Assembly: GCA_937935355.1 (NCBI GenBank)
Contig: CALGYR010000006.1
Coordinates: forward strand, 5,608-69,607
DNA from: an uncultured bacterium
GTDB lineage: Bacteria > Planctomycetota > SZUA-567 > JAKLDR01
Direction of reading: 5' to 3'
Length of the DNA stretch: 64,000 nt
The position numbers were made by a program, and so were the translations under genes. Below, piece by piece: positions 62,701 through 64,000 of this stretch (within the stretch, counting starts at the first letter, position 1; each line of letters starts with the position of its first letter). A model generated the notes under the pieces. That model had not been told where the DNA came from and did not search any database. It saw only the letters and a program-made list of their open reading frames with translations.

Positions 62701-64000
62701 TCATGCCGACTCGGAAGCCCCGCCCGCCAGCAAGCCCCGTTCCCTCAGCCGCTCCACCAGCCGCACCGCGGCGGCCAGCTGCGCGGCCTTCTTCGAAGCC
62801 GCCTCGGCCGGCTCGCCCTCCAGGCGCTCGCCGTCGGCGGTGACGGCCCAGGCCGAGAGGCGGAAGACCGGCCGGTGCGCCGGGCCCTCGCTCGAGGCCG
62901 GGCCGTAGCCGAAATCGCGGAGCAGCCCGGCCTGGCGCATTTCGTTGAGGAGCGCGCGGGGCTCGGTGCCGCCCGCGACTGCGGGAGGCTCACCCGCCGG
63001 GCCCGGGGCCGCCTCGCCGGCGCTTTCTGCCGGTGCCTCCGCCTGTGCCTCCAGCCTCGCCAGCAGCTCCTCGGCCGCGGCGTGCTCGGCGACGGCACGA
63101 GAGAGAGACGCGTGCCAGCCGGAGCAGAGCGGTTCCCTGCCCCCGGCATCCAGGGTTACCCGGCAAGCGTAGCCGGCCAGCGCCGAGCGACGCTCGAATG
63201 TCGGAGCGGACAGGCCCAGCGCCGTGCAGCGCTCGAGCAGCCTTCCCTTGAAGTTGACAGCGCGGAGCTCCCCGCCGCGCTCCTCGGAAACGAGCGCGGG
63301 GGCGAAGCCCGAGCGGCTCGCCTCCTCCTCGACGGCCGCGAGCAGCGCCTCGGCGGCCAGCTGCTCGGCCGTGAGGCGCTCGGCCGCGCGGTGCACGCCG
63401 CTCTCCAGCCGGCGGCCCTCCCAGTCGAGGGCCATCCGGGCCGAATGGAAGGCGCCCTCCACCGAAAACTCGATGGCCGGCGGCGGCGAGCCCGCGCGCA
63501 TGCAGAGTTCGAGCAGCCGCCCCTTGGGGTTCGAAGCCTTGAGCCGCGCCTCGAGCGCCGCCTCCTCCGGAAACGCGCCGCTCTCCGAGGGGGCCAGGAC
63601 GAAGAGCCGCTCGCGCCGCGCGTCGTCCCGGCGCGCCAGGCCCAGGCGTTCGAGCTCGGCGAGGAGCGCCGCGGTCTCCTCGCGGCCGGTCGGCCGGCCG
63701 AACCAGGCGCGGGCCACGTCGCGGGCCCGGAGCGGCGCCTCGCCCGGCGGCCCGAGGAGCGCCCGGGCGCGGGCAACGTCGGCCTCCTCGATGCGAAGCG
63801 GCGCCGCAGGCGACGTGGAAACCGTCGCGGCGCGCCGCGGCCAGCCGCGCACCAGCATTTCGCCGTCGGCGGGCCGGACCACGTCCCGGCAGCCGAGCGC
63901 GCGGGCGAGCGACTCCCGCGCTCCGGCATCGCCGTGGACGAGCGCCACCGTCCGGGGCGAGAGCGCCTCGAGGAACCCGGCCATCTGCAGGCGGTCGGCG
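62701..64000 (-). CDS. Protein with three double-stranded-RNA-binding-motif-like repeats (5' end off window; N-terminal remnant resembles a beta-CASP/MBL C-terminal motif)
   Basis: 'NPKGRLLELCMRAG...', 'NFKGRLLERCTALGLS...', and 'ALLNEMRQAGLLRDFGYGPASSEGPAHRPVFRLSAWAVTADGERLEGEPAEAASKKAAQLAAAVRLVERL' (the last a good dsRBM: G..H...F...V.....G...G.G.SKK.A...AA). The reading frame is open upstream of ATG 63984 to the window end; 'TVALVHGDAG' resembles the beta-CASP motif C region. Confidence 0.5.
   Translation of the reverse strand, partial: ADRLQMAGFLEALSPRTVALVHGDAGARESLARALGCRDVVRPADGEMLVRGWPRRAATVSTSPAAPLRIEEADVARARALLGPPGEAPLRARDVARAWFGRPTGREETAALLAELERLGLARRDDARRERLFVLAPSESGAFPEEAALEARLKASNPKGRLLELCMRAGSPPPAIEFSVEGAFHSARMALDWEGRRLESGVHRAAERLTAEQLAAEALLAAVEEEASRSGFAPALVSEERGGELRAVNFKGRLLERCTALGLSAPTFERRSALAGYACRVTLDAGGREPLCSGWHASLSRAVAEHAAAEELLARLEAQAEAPAESAGEAAPGPAGEPPAVAGGTEPRALLNEMRQAGLLRDFGYGPASSEGPAHRPVFRLSAWAVTADGERLEGEPAEAASKKAAQLAAAVRLVERLRERGLLAGGASESA

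Overview
This 64-kb window is ~70% GC and densely packed with genes from a bacterial chromosome, probably Planctomycetota/PVC-like. That origin is an inference from an ECF sigma factor fused to a transmembrane helix and a beta-propeller, a sulfatase, many secreted Kelch-like propeller proteins and sigma-54 regulation. Many long ORFs in the supplied track are GC-driven artefacts with Arg/Gly/Pro-rich N-terminal extensions or antisense frames; real starts were re-placed using signal peptides, RBSs and homology.

Gene content:
- KamA-type lysine 2,3-aminomutase, overlapping a fused amino-acid ABC solute-binding-protein/permease gene.
- Three paralogous AraR-type (GntR HTH + LacI-type sugar-binding) regulators, each overlapping the start of a secreted Kelch-like beta-propeller gene. 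At least eight members of this propeller family occur in the window, some fused to an ECF sigma factor, to HEAT repeats or to FN3 domains.
- Two paralogous DUF4091-like glycoside-hydrolase-like proteins, a GH4 glycosidase, a GH-like protein with a discoidin domain, and a Cys-type sulfatase.
- A GT2 glycosyltransferase.
- Stand-alone rpsJ.
- A LarA-like protein.
- A spermidine-synthase-like fused membrane protein.
- A sigma-54 enhancer-binding protein divergent from a sigma-54 promoter. That promoter drives a radical-SAM/SPASM gene, a 67-aa Cys-terminal peptide ORF and a FeeM-like N-acyltransferase. A 1376-aa secreted protein with a CN-hydrolase domain and Calx-beta repeats lies 116 bp further downstream.
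- serS, tyrS, a DJ-1/PfpI protease, a Gfo/Idh/MocA oxidoreductase and an endonuclease/exonuclease/phosphatase (EEP) lipoprotein.
- A MlaF-like ABC ATPase translationally coupled to a WP-repeat lipoprotein and a membrane protein.
- A DUF4143 ATPase and a partial protein with three dsRBD-like repeats.

Non-coding highlights:
- Four loci carry 10-bp-phased CACAGATG direct repeats.
- A (CCGGAAC)x4 heptamer sits inside a CDS.
- Inverted arrays of 8-bp tandem repeats flank a divergent promoter.
- A two-copy palindromic CACGAAG element.
- A MITE-like element of ~194 bp with terminal inverted repeats and two internal perfect hairpins.
- A two-copy conserved non-coding element of ~150 nt.

The strongest candidate for an undescribed system is the sigma-54-controlled rSAM / small peptide / N-acyltransferase cassette (22181-31518).
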